From NCBI GenBank assembly GCA_043718025.1, contig JAYSWN010000073.1:1-35255 (forward strand): a DNA stretch of 35,255 nt. Reading direction: 5' to 3'. Positions 27,495-35,255 of this stretch are shown in pieces. The translations under genes and the position numbers were made by a program. The stretch comes from Pseudomonadota bacterium (GTDB lineage: Bacteria; Bdellovibrionota; FAC87; UBA2466). The notes under the pieces were generated by a model that saw nothing but the letters and a program-made list of their open reading frames with translations, was not told where the DNA came from and ran no database searches. Numbering within the stretch: the stretch's first letter is position 1; each line of letters begins with the position of its first letter.

Positions 27495-27941
27495 ATGGCC
27501 AAAAAAACTAAGGCAGTAGTCCGTAAACCGGTAGTTGTTGCTAAAACGCACGCTAAGGCTCAAAAGGCCGAACTGGCGCCAAAGGCAAAACCTACCAAGG
27601 CGATCGTCGCCAATTCTTCTTCCAAGAAGGCGGAAGGCAAGAAGTTATCTTCAAAACTGTTAGAGGCGATTGAAAAACGCCAAAACGCTAAGGCAACAGG
27701 CCCGGGAAAACCAAGTCCTTTTGGTCGTCCTATGGGACGCCGCGGTCGTCGGCCCAAGCGTTTGGCGGAATACACTCCCACTAATGGCGAAGAGAACTCT
27801 TCCGATCAAATGGAAAATGAAAATCAAATGGAAGGGCTGGAATATGACACCGGCATCCGTTTGAAAGAGGTGAAAAACGAGGACATGTTCTCGATGGATC
27901 GCTTCGAAGATTACGACGAAGAGCTGAATTTTGACCGGTGA
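27495..27941 (+). CDS. Disordered protein: basic N-terminus, RGR motif, acidic C-terminus
   Basis: GGGGGG upstream of ATG 27495 (MAKKTK...); GRRGRRPKR; Asp/Glu-rich tail. Confidence 0.7.
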   Translation: MAKKTKAVVRKPVVVAKTHAKAQKAELAPKAKPTKAIVANSSSKKAEGKKLSSKLLEAIEKRQNAKATGPGKPSPFGRPMGRRGRRPKRLAEYTPTNGEENSSDQMENENQMEGLEYDTGIRLKEVKNEDMFSMDRFEDYDEELNFDR

Positions 27942-28011
27942 GCTCGCTCACCGATTGAAAGAGACATTAGTAGTTTCGTGGGACGGGAGTAAAGGGGTGG
28001 GCCAGCAATGG

Positions 28012-28749
28012 TTAGCCTACTTTGCTCCCGACTCGCAGTTTAATTGGCCAACTGACTTTTCTCTTGGTTCCCCACACTTTTTCGAGCTGCTTTTGCACCT
28101 CGGGGACCGGGCTGTGGCCGTTCTTTTTGATGTAGGCCTGCACCGCCGACCAGCTTTCCAGATAGCCCGCAAATTGGGTTAAGTCCCAAACCACTTCTAG
28201 CTCAAAGCTTGGTGCCTCAATTTCCCGGAAGGGAAACGGGATGGTTTGATACCCCTCGTCAATGAGCTGCCGCGCCGGATCCCAATAGCCAGCTAAGGTG
28301 TTGGCGTAAAAGGCTTGTTCGATCCGGTCGACTTCGGGGCCACTCTTGCAACTGCCGTAGCACCAGACCGCGAAGAGGCCTCCGGGCTTCAAGATGCGCT
28401 TAACCTCGGGGTAAAATTTATCGAGTTCAAACCAATGCAGCGCTTGCGCCACGGTTATCAAGTCGGCGCTCTGATCAGCCAGGCCAGGGTCTTCAGCGAC
28501 GGCGACCCGGTACTCGACATTGGCAAGCTTAGGCGCTTGTGAGAGCTGCTTGGCGCTGCCGTCAGTAGCAATCACCCGCGTAAAATACGGAGCTAAGCCG
28601 GAGGCCGCCTGGCCATTGCCGGTGCCACAATCCCACGCCAGGTCCCGCCCCGAAACCTGACTCACCAAGTACTTAAAAAGTTCGGGCGGATAGGTGGGAC
28701 GAAAGCTTCTGTAGGTAGCGGCTTGAGCTGAAAAGAGATCCTTTTGCAT
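28012..28749 (-). CDS. Class I SAM-dependent methyltransferase
   Basis: Motifs RPTYP, WDCGTGNGQ, DLITVAQALHWF and RILKPGG. Confidence 0.93.
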   Translation of the reverse strand: MQKDLFSAQAATYRSFRPTYPPELFKYLVSQVSGRDLAWDCGTGNGQAASGLAPYFTRVIATDGSAKQLSQAPKLANVEYRVAVAEDPGLADQSADLITVAQALHWFELDKFYPEVKRILKPGGLFAVWCYGSCKSGPEVDRIEQAFYANTLAGYWDPARQLIDEGYQTIPFPFREIEAPSFELEVVWDLTQFAGYLESWSAVQAYIKKNGHSPVPEVQKQLEKVWGTKRKVSWPIKLRVGSKVG

Positions 28750-28805
28750 CGGCTGCGGACCTTAGCCGAAAATGGCTAAAACGGGCAAGAAAGTGAGCCG
28801 GACCA

Positions 28806-29666
28806 TTAACCGAGCGTGGCGAGAGCTGGCAGTCCAAACGAAAGCACGACAAACAGCACCCAGTAAGCCAGGGCGGTTTCGTGAACGTCGTGCTCGAAAA
28901 TAGGGGCCGAGGAGCGCAGCAACTTCTTTTCGATCTGAATTTCGCTATGAATCCATTTTACGAATTCATCAAATTCGTGCTGTGCGTCGATCATCAACCC
29001 GAAGTAACGAACCCCATCGTTGAAGTTGGCCCACATGATTTTAGAGGGGAACATTTTTTCTTTTCCCGCCCAACGAATCGAAACCGAAATCGCATCGCCC
29101 GCCCCTTTGCGCTTCACAAAGGTTTCATGATGGCGGGTATCTAAGCCCACCGCCAAGCCGCCCGAAGAGAGATCGCGGATGCGGGCTGGCACGCGGTGCT
29201 CGGGACGTTCACCAGTTAGGCTGATTTCGTAATGAACTCGAATACGGCGGGTTTTGCGCCAAATTCGAAAGTCAGAAGTCAGCAGCGGAAAGAGAAAATC
29301 TTTATTACCGAAAAAGAAGCCAATGTAGCCCATGAAAGCAATGAGCACGTAGCGCGCTAAAGCCATGTCTAACGGGATCTCTTGGGCGTTCAAAACCGAG
29401 TGGGTAAAAAGGGCAACGCACTGCAATCCGTAAAGGGGAAGAAATAGATAGCGGCGGCGGGCAAGCGAGTAGGCGAGAAGCAAAGGAAACACCCAGTACG
29501 CCCCGAGAATCACAAAGGTGCGCCCCATCCCGTGATGCGCCGCAAAAGACCAGGGTTTTTGGATAAAGGTGAGCGAAAGAAAGGGCGTGAACAAAAACAA
29601 AAAGAACATCACCAGCACTGGCAGGGGCATGGATCGAAAAACGCGCTTGAAATGCATAGGTTTCAC
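28806..29666 (-). CDS. Membrane protein with PilZ (c-di-GMP-binding) domain
   Basis: Four N-terminal TMs, RxxxR (RKTRR), DxSxxG (DLSSGG) and a C-terminal TM. Confidence 0.8.
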   Translation of the reverse strand: MKPMHFKRVFRSMPLPVLVMFFLFLFTPFLSLTFIQKPWSFAAHHGMGRTFVILGAYWVFPLLLAYSLARRRYLFLPLYGLQCVALFTHSVLNAQEIPLDMALARYVLIAFMGYIGFFFGNKDFLFPLLTSDFRIWRKTRRIRVHYEISLTGERPEHRVPARIRDLSSGGLAVGLDTRHHETFVKRKGAGDAISVSIRWAGKEKMFPSKIMWANFNDGVRYFGLMIDAQHEFDEFVKWIHSEIQIEKKLLRSSAPIFEHDVHETALAYWVLFVVLSFGLPALATLG

Positions 29667-29756
29667 TTACGTTCCACTGGTTGCGGGTTGAAGGCTAAGA
29701 GAGCAAAAAAAAACGGGATAACTTATTGTATACAGCACCGCGTCAGACCACAAGAC

Positions 29757-30146
29757 TCAACTTAAGTCATTGAATTTACGTAGTTTTACTCCGCAGTAGG
29801 GGCAATCAACGGGGTCAGAAAGCCAGAATAAAACACCGGCGCCTGACTTAGAAGTGCGGAAGAGAATTTCGCCGCAATCGGGGCAGCGCCAATAGACAAA
29901 AGCGGTGACCAGGGAAAGGGCAAAGCCGCCCATTAACCCCAGCCAAACCAATCGCGGCGGGTAACCCGGAGCCTTTAAGAAGTGCCAAGCGTAGGCCACC
30001 CCGACGCAAAAAATGGTGGGGTAGGTGGCCCATTGAACGATCCGGCGGTTGGCGGCCCACGTTCCCCAAATGTGCTCTTGCTCCATTTTTGGAGACCATT
30101 TGGGAATCTGGCGGGTGTGGCGTTCTTTGCGGACGGGCATGCCCAA
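29757..30146 (-). CDS. Small two-TM protein with a CxxC...CxxC zinc ribbon
   Basis: Two TMs followed by WRCPDCG...CPYCG. The start codon is uncertain. Confidence 0.7.
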   Translation of the reverse strand: MGMPVRKERHTRQIPKWSPKMEQEHIWGTWAANRRIVQWATYPTIFCVGVAYAWHFLKAPGYPPRLVWLGLMGGFALSLVTAFVYWRCPDCGEILFRTSKSGAGVLFWLSDPVDCPYCGVKLRKFNDLS

Positions 30147-30214
30147 TTTTAACAGGCTAGCGAGCTGGCTGCTTAACGTTTACGGGCAGAGTGAATTGGG
30201 GCAAAGTTTTGCCC

Positions 30215-30964
30215 ATGATTTTCATTACCGGTGCAAGCAGCGGAATTGGCAGGGCCACGGCAACGGCCTTTGCAAAAATGGGTCGCCCCTTACTCTTGGT
30301 GGCGCGGCGTAAAGATCGGCTCGAGGCCCTGGCAAAAGAGCTGGCTGACGTTTTCAAAGTGGCGGTGGTGCCTTACGTGCTCGACGTTCGCAAACCAAGA
30401 GACATTGAGGCCTTCAGCGTCAGCCACGCCGATTACCTTGAACGGGTCGAGGTGCTCGTCAACAATGCCGGCCTAGCCAAGGGGTTCGATCCCTTTCAAA
30501 CGTCGAACCCAGAAGACTGGGAGGCGATGTGGGACACCAACGTAAAGGGGCTTCTCTACGTCACTCGCGTTTGTCTGCCGCATTTCTTAAAAGCTAAGCG
30601 TGGCCACATTATCAACCTGGGATCGGTAGCCGGTCGCTGGGTTTATCCGCGCGGCCACGTTTACAGCGCCACCAAGCGCGCGGTGAGCGCCCTTACCGAA
30701 GGGTTGCGCTTAGATCTACACGGCAGCGGTATCCGCGTTACAGAAATTGCACCGGGAATGGTGGAGACTGAGTTTTCAGAGGTGCGATTCGAAGATAAGG
30801 CCAAAGCCAAAACGGTTTATCAGGGGCTCACCCCATTATCGGCCGCCGATATTGCCGAAACCATCGTGTGGTGCGCAAATCGCCCCAGCCACGTCAACAT
30901 TCAAGAGCTGGTGATTTATCCCACCGATCAGGCTTCGCCCACGACCGTAAACCGAAAGGCATAA
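30215..30964 (+). CDS. SDR oxidoreductase (YdfG-like, NADP-dependent)
   Basis: Motifs TGASSGIG, ARR, NNAG, YSATK, PGMVETEFS and PSHVNI. Start at 30215 or 30191. Confidence 0.92.
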   Translation: MIFITGASSGIGRATATAFAKMGRPLLLVARRKDRLEALAKELADVFKVAVVPYVLDVRKPRDIEAFSVSHADYLERVEVLVNNAGLAKGFDPFQTSNPEDWEAMWDTNVKGLLYVTRVCLPHFLKAKRGHIINLGSVAGRWVYPRGHVYSATKRAVSALTEGLRLDLHGSGIRVTEIAPGMVETEFSEVRFEDKAKAKTVYQGLTPLSAADIAETIVWCANRPSHVNIQELVIYPTDQASPTTVNRKA

Positions 30965-30968
30965 GTTT

Positions 30969-31754
30969 ATGCCGTTACTCAAAACAGCGGGAGCCCAGGT
31001 CTTTTATGAAACTTGGGCGGCCGGGGATGGAGCGGCTTGGGTGGCACTGGTAAACGGCCATACCCGCACGCACGCTGATTTTGCCAGCCTAGCCGCCACT
31101 TTAAACCGCAAAGGCTATTCAGTGCTGGCGCTGGATAATCGGGGTTGCGGCAAGACGGTTACCGAACGAGCTTTTAGCTTGGATGAAATGGCTCAGGATG
31201 TAGAAAAACTCATTCAACAGCAGGCCGGTGGACTGGCGCACTTGGTGGGGTTTTCACTTGGCGGCGCAGTTTCGCTAAAGCTCGCCGCCCAACACCCAAA
31301 GAGCGTAAGGAGCCTCTGTTTGGTCTCTTCCACCACGACGTGGGAAGACTCTCTGCCCGACGCCATGGCGCCGGATTTTATCGCCCAGCTCGATCGCTTC
31401 TTTTCGGTGGCGTTTTTTAAAGCGCAGCAAAATTTTATTATTCACTTTGCCAAAGATCTCAGAAAACGCGCCGAAGAGCCACAAACGCGCCAGGGGGCGA
31501 TTTGGCAGCGAAAAGCGCTTGAAGCTCAAGAGCTGACGCCGCTTTTGCAACGGATTCACCTTCCTACGTTAGTAATTCACGGGGATGAAGACCGCGTGAT
31601 TGCGATCGCCCGAGCCATAACGATGCACCAAAACATTGCCGCCTCGAGGCTAGAGATTCTAAGCGGGGTGGGTCACTTGCCGCTGGTCGAATGCCCAGCG
31701 CGGCTCTACGACAAAATCGCTGACTTCATCAAACAGGTAGATAATACTCCGTGA
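30969..31754 (+). CDS. Alpha/beta hydrolase (PcaD-like)
   Basis: Motifs DNRGCG, nucleophile GFSLG, HGDED and GH. Confidence 0.9.
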   Translation: MPLLKTAGAQVFYETWAAGDGAAWVALVNGHTRTHADFASLAATLNRKGYSVLALDNRGCGKTVTERAFSLDEMAQDVEKLIQQQAGGLAHLVGFSLGGAVSLKLAAQHPKSVRSLCLVSSTTTWEDSLPDAMAPDFIAQLDRFFSVAFFKAQQNFIIHFAKDLRKRAEEPQTRQGAIWQRKALEAQELTPLLQRIHLPTLVIHGDEDRVIAIARAITMHQNIAASRLEILSGVGHLPLVECPARLYDKIADFIKQVDNTP

Positions 31755-31755
31755 A

Positions 31756-33036
31756 ATGAACGCAATCGTCAGTGACCTTCTTTCGTTTTTAGAAAAATCG
31801 CCCACCCCTTTTCACGCCGTCGCTAACCTTAAATCGCAACTTACGGCGGCGGGCTTTACTGAACTGCACGAGGCAGCAACGTGGAACAAAAATTTACCCG
31901 AAGCGGCTTTTGTTATTCGTGACGGCGCCATTGTGGCGTTTCGACGGGGCAAAGAGCCCTTAGAAAAAACGGGCTACCGTTTGACCGGTTCGCATACGGA
32001 TAGCCCGTGCCTAAAGGTAAAGCCTTGCGCACCAATTGAAGTGCACGGCTACGTAAAGTTAGGCGTCGAAGTTTACGGCGGCGTAATTTTGTCGACCTGG
32101 TTCGATCGCGACCTCTCTTTGGCGGGTCGAGTAAGCTACGTCGACCCAAGCGGCAAGGTGCAAACGGCGTTGGTCGATTTTAAACGGCCGGTGGCCACGC
32201 TTCCCAACTTGGCGATTCACCTCAATCGCGAGGTGAATGAAAACCGCACCATCAACAAACAGTGGGAGCTGCCGCCCTTGTTGTTTCAATGGCAAAAAGA
32301 TCACAAGCGCGGAGAGTTCGAGTTAGAAAAATTGCTGGCCGATGAACTGGCGGGGCAAAAAATTTCGATCAAAAAAGTTTTGGCCTTCGACCTGTCTTTT
32401 TACGACACCCAAAAGCCTGCGCTGGTCGGACTGAACCAAGAATTTATTGCCAGTAGCCGGCTCGATAATTTACTAAGCGTTTACATGGGGCTTAGGGCGC
32501 TAATCGAGGCTAGCCCTACGGCGACCTCGATTTTTGTAGCAAACGATCACGAAGAGGTGGGTAGCGAAAGTCTGTCGGGCGCCCAGGGAACTTTTTTGTC
32601 GACGGTACTGGAACGACTGGCCGGAAGCCGCGAAGGGTTTCATCGAGCCATCGCCCAGTCTACCTTCGTATCCACCGACAATGCTCACGGAGTGCATCCC
32701 AACTATCCGGAGAAACACGACCGGGATCACGCGCCACTTTTAAATCATGGGCCGGCGATTAAGGTGAATGCAAATCAGCGCTACGCCACCAATTGTGAAA
32801 CGGCGGCCCTTTTTACCCAAGCCTGTGCCAAAGCCGATGTGCCGGTTCAGCACTTTGTGGCCCGCAGTGACATGCCCTGCGGCAGCACCATTGGCCCTCT
32901 CACCGCCTCCAAGCTAGGGGTGAAAACCGTTGACGTTGGCGTTCCTACTTTTGCCATGCACTCTATTCGCGAGCTGGCTGGGGTGCGCGATCCGGAGTGG
33001 TTGCGTCTGGCATTAAAAGCTTTTTACGAGTCCTAA
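31756..33036 (+). CDS. apeB: M18 family (aspartyl) aminopeptidase
   Basis: Motifs SPTPFHAV, HTDSP, WFDRDL, RLDNL, DHEEVGS, DNAHGVHPNY and MHSIRE. Confidence 0.93.
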   Translation: MNAIVSDLLSFLEKSPTPFHAVANLKSQLTAAGFTELHEAATWNKNLPEAAFVIRDGAIVAFRRGKEPLEKTGYRLTGSHTDSPCLKVKPCAPIEVHGYVKLGVEVYGGVILSTWFDRDLSLAGRVSYVDPSGKVQTALVDFKRPVATLPNLAIHLNREVNENRTINKQWELPPLLFQWQKDHKRGEFELEKLLADELAGQKISIKKVLAFDLSFYDTQKPALVGLNQEFIASSRLDNLLSVYMGLRALIEASPTATSIFVANDHEEVGSESLSGAQGTFLSTVLERLAGSREGFHRAIAQSTFVSTDNAHGVHPNYPEKHDRDHAPLLNHGPAIKVNANQRYATNCETAALFTQACAKADVPVQHFVARSDMPCGSTIGPLTASKLGVKTVDVGVPTFAMHSIRELAGVRDPEWLRLALKAFYES

Positions 33037-33041
33037 ACAAA

Positions 33042-33434
33042 ATGAGTGAAGAAATTAAACCACGTTCGATTAATGTTTTGGGAACGCCACTTAAGGCGTG
33101 CTGCAACCGACTTAAAACCGGTTTTTTTCGCACTGGATCGTGCGAAACCAACGATGAAGACCATGGGTTGCACACCGTTTGCACTCGGGTAAACGAAGAA
33201 TTTCTCGAGTATTCGCGGTTGTCGGGAAATGACCTTTCTACGCCACGTCCCGAATATGGTTTTGCGGGTTTACAGCCCGGTGACTGTTGGTGCGTTTGCG
33301 CACTTCGCTGGAAACAGGCCTTCGACGCCGGCTACGCGGCCCCGATAAATTTAGAGGCGACTGAAGAGAGCACTCTCGAATACATTCCTCTTTCCGATCT
33401 GATGAAAAGTGCGATTCCCGAACAGCGCAACTAG
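33042..33434 (+). CDS. DUF2237 family protein
   Basis: Motifs NVLG..L..C, TGFFR.G.C, GNDLSTP.PE..F.GL.PGD.WC.CA.RW. Confidence 0.9.
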   Translation: MSEEIKPRSINVLGTPLKACCNRLKTGFFRTGSCETNDEDHGLHTVCTRVNEEFLEYSRLSGNDLSTPRPEYGFAGLQPGDCWCVCALRWKQAFDAGYAAPINLEATEESTLEYIPLSDLMKSAIPEQRN

Positions 33435-33489
33435 AAGCCAACGCGATAGCAGACCAGCTAGCTCATGATTCGCGTCGGCCTCCCGCCTT

Positions 33490-34368
33490 TTACGGAAGCT
33501 CTAAGTCTTTTACCTGAGAACCAGCAAAGGCCTGTGGATAAGAGGGCTTAATCGGCTGCCCTTCGATCAACATCTGTCGCCCCTTAATGTAGATCTTTTT
33601 TGCCTCTTCAAGCTTGTCCGGCGCCTCGGCCGTTTCCGCCAAGCCCTGAGCCTCATCGACGAGCTTTCGGCCCTCGGCGGTCAGTTTGGCGTTGCGTTCG
33701 CTCAGCGCCTTCTCTTTTTCGGTTACGCAAGTCGTAGTGTTTTTATACACCTCGGCCCAGCTCTTGGCCGTGGGCAGTGCCTCGATAAGGCAACCATCCC
33801 AATAGGTATAAACATGGTCAGAACGACATCCGAACGAAGGCCTATCGTAGCGAGCGGCAGTCATGACGATGCGATTTGATTTTTGCATCAGCTCGTCAAC
33901 AAATACTCCCGAGTAGCACGCCGAAATCAAAACTACCGTCGGCTGATCACCGCAAGTATCGGTAAGCATTTTATCTAGGTCGGCCGGCCGCAAGCCACTG
34001 TCGGGCTTGATGTAGGTAAAACCCTGTTTGCTACCGTGAGAGGTAACGTGAACGAGACAGGCATCACCTGATTTTGCCCCTAATTTTTCTAGAGAACGCT
34101 GAATGTTCTCGGGCGTGGTGCGCTCCACATTGCCGGTGATCTCGTCTGGATTTACTGAGAGTTCGCGAATGTTTTTGGCGTCGACGCCGCGTTTTTCTAA
34201 AATCTCTTTTATCTTTTTTCGGGCGTTGTCGAACGTCTTGATGCTGTCGTCGCCGCTAGCGAGCACCACTTTCCAATTCAACTTTGATTCGGCTTTGGCC
34301 GAAGTGCCTAAGGTAAGTGTGATTGCGAAGGCCACTAAGGTAAGTGCCCGCACGGTGTTATTCCCCAT
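33490..34368 (-). CDS. Secreted C13-family (clan CD) cysteine peptidase
   Basis: Signal peptide; His motif TSHGS; Cys motif ISACYSG; TAAR.DRPSFGC. SD GGAGG upstream. Confidence 0.88.
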   Translation of the reverse strand: MGNNTVRALTLVAFAITLTLGTSAKAESKLNWKVVLASGDDSIKTFDNARKKIKEILEKRGVDAKNIRELSVNPDEITGNVERTTPENIQRSLEKLGAKSGDACLVHVTSHGSKQGFTYIKPDSGLRPADLDKMLTDTCGDQPTVVLISACYSGVFVDELMQKSNRIVMTAARYDRPSFGCRSDHVYTYWDGCLIEALPTAKSWAEVYKNTTTCVTEKEKALSERNAKLTAEGRKLVDEAQGLAETAEAPDKLEEAKKIYIKGRQMLIEGQPIKPSYPQAFAGSQVKDLELP

Positions 34369-34579
34369 TTTTCCCCCTCCAGATCGAATTAACTTCCTGC
34401 TTGGTTGTCTATTTTGACCATACGGTAGGCCCTAAAACTGGCGGTAATTGAAATTGAGGCATCGGTAGAATTGCGCTGCCAAATGTTAACGCGGGGTTTA
34501 ACGACCCCTGACTCGCCCAACCCCCTTGGTGCTGTCTTAAAGTTGAACACTTTTTTCAGGGACTTAGCTTGAATTCATC

Positions 34580-34595
34580 GGGTATGCGGCTTGCA
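34580..34595 (+). promoter_or_regulatory. Sigma54 (-24/-12) promoter candidate
   Basis: GGGTAT-GCGGC-TTGCA with GG-N10-GC spacing, about 60 nt upstream of ATG 34658. Confidence 0.4.
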
Positions 34596-34657
34596 AACTC
34601 TAATGGTTCAACTACGTACAGCACCTTTAGAAACGGCACCTTTGAGGTTTCACCACT

Positions 34658-35255
34658 ATGCGACCCTCTGATACGGCGGAGACAAAAACGGTAGACATGG
34701 CACGGGTGTCGGCAAAGCTCCCGCGCGTGAATGGCCCAACCGAACTCCAGCTTCGCTACTCCCGCGAGTACCTCGACCGAAAGGCATCGCGCCCCCCCCA
34801 AAAAAGTGCCCTTCGCAAATTTTTTGAAATACTTGACCCCCGAGCGTGGACGCTGGCCTTCATTTTTTCTGCCCTCTTCACGTCGAGCCTGGGCCTGTTT
34901 CTCCATTCAACTTACCGCCGGCAGTCCAGTCTCTTTAAGGCCCCGCTTTTTCCCGTGCTCCAAGTCACCACCCAATTGCAGTGGGGACTGGCGATTTGCG
35001 TGGCACTCACGCTTCTCATTTTTCATTTTTTATTAAATTACCGCCGTCGTGGCCGTGGGGGACTGATCAAAGCCTACTGGTATGCGGCTTGGGCGTTTGC
35101 ATTTGGCTTTTTCTTTTTGCCCCAGGTGCACCGGCCGATTTCGCAACACCGTGCCAACCAAATTAATGAATACTGCTTTGTGAATAAGAAGAGTGAGAAA
35201 TGTAGCCGCTATCTTGCGTTGATTTACAAGGGTCAACGACCACGCGACGTGCTTC
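34658..35255 (+). CDS. Membrane hypothetical protein (3' partial; absent from the ORF track)
   Basis: Hand translation gives 199 open codons to the window end (MRPSDTAETK...RPRDVL) with three hydrophobic segments; GAGGT lies 9 nt upstream. Confidence 0.7.
   Translation, partial: MRPSDTAETKTVDMARVSAKLPRVNGPTELQLRYSREYLDRKASRPPQKSALRKFFEILDPRAWTLAFIFSALFTSSLGLFLHSTYRRQSSLFKAPLFPVLQVTTQLQWGLAICVALTLLIFHFLLNYRRRGRGGLIKAYWYAAWAFAFGFFFLPQVHRPISQHRANQINEYCFVNKKSEKCSRYLALIYKGQRPRDVL

Noticed and set aside
28762..28779. TTAGCC-N6-GGCTAA palindrome upstream of the methyltransferase
   Set aside because: Short and single-copy, with no U tract and no adjacent regulator.
34581..35091. 13-bp direct repeat GGTATGCGGCTTG at 34581 and 35079
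   Set aside because: Only two copies, the second inside a coding frame, with no array or element between them; likely chance.
34556..35236. ORF-track calls 34556-34906, 34731-35036, 34981-35166 and 35033-35236
   Set aside because: They are better explained as shadows of the longer frame open from 34658.
1..35255. CRISPR array, rRNA, known riboswitches, defence systems
   Set aside because: No regularly spaced repeats or recognisable consensus seen in the intergenic regions. An Rfam/Infernal scan would be needed to exclude divergent RNAs.

Overview
This is a bacterial chromosomal window. Gene content suggests a delta-proteobacterial or Bdellovibrionota-like organism; that lineage call is inference only. 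In order it contains: (1) a TCA operon (partial icd, mdh, sucC, sucD, ndk); (2) a minus-strand run of an exported thioredoxin-TPR protein, a GT-C-like membrane protein, two GT2 glycosyltransferases and a soluble histidine kinase flanked by two degenerate receiver domains; (3) a tRNA-Arg with the uncommon UCG anticodon; (4) a secreted coiled-coil orphan; (5) a convergent four-gene envelope module (LolD-like ATPase, LolC/E-like permease, LolA-like protein, outer-membrane barrel); (6) an RRM protein with a Gly/RGG tail and a structured leader; (7) a Cys-rich secreted protein with a sigma54-type promoter; (8) MBL hydrolase, SLT, extended CapA and EamA genes; (9) an 809-aa SppA protease fused to an N-terminal FadL/PorV-like beta-barrel, the most striking feature; (10) CinA; (11) two divergent basic, disordered, histone/HMGA-like proteins; (12) methyltransferase, membrane PilZ protein, SDR, alpha/beta hydrolase, M18 aminopeptidase, DUF2237 and C13 peptidase; (13) a membrane-protein ORF truncated by the window end and absent from the ORF track. 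I found no mobile element, prophage or CRISPR array. All family calls come from motif recognition by eye, not from database searches.
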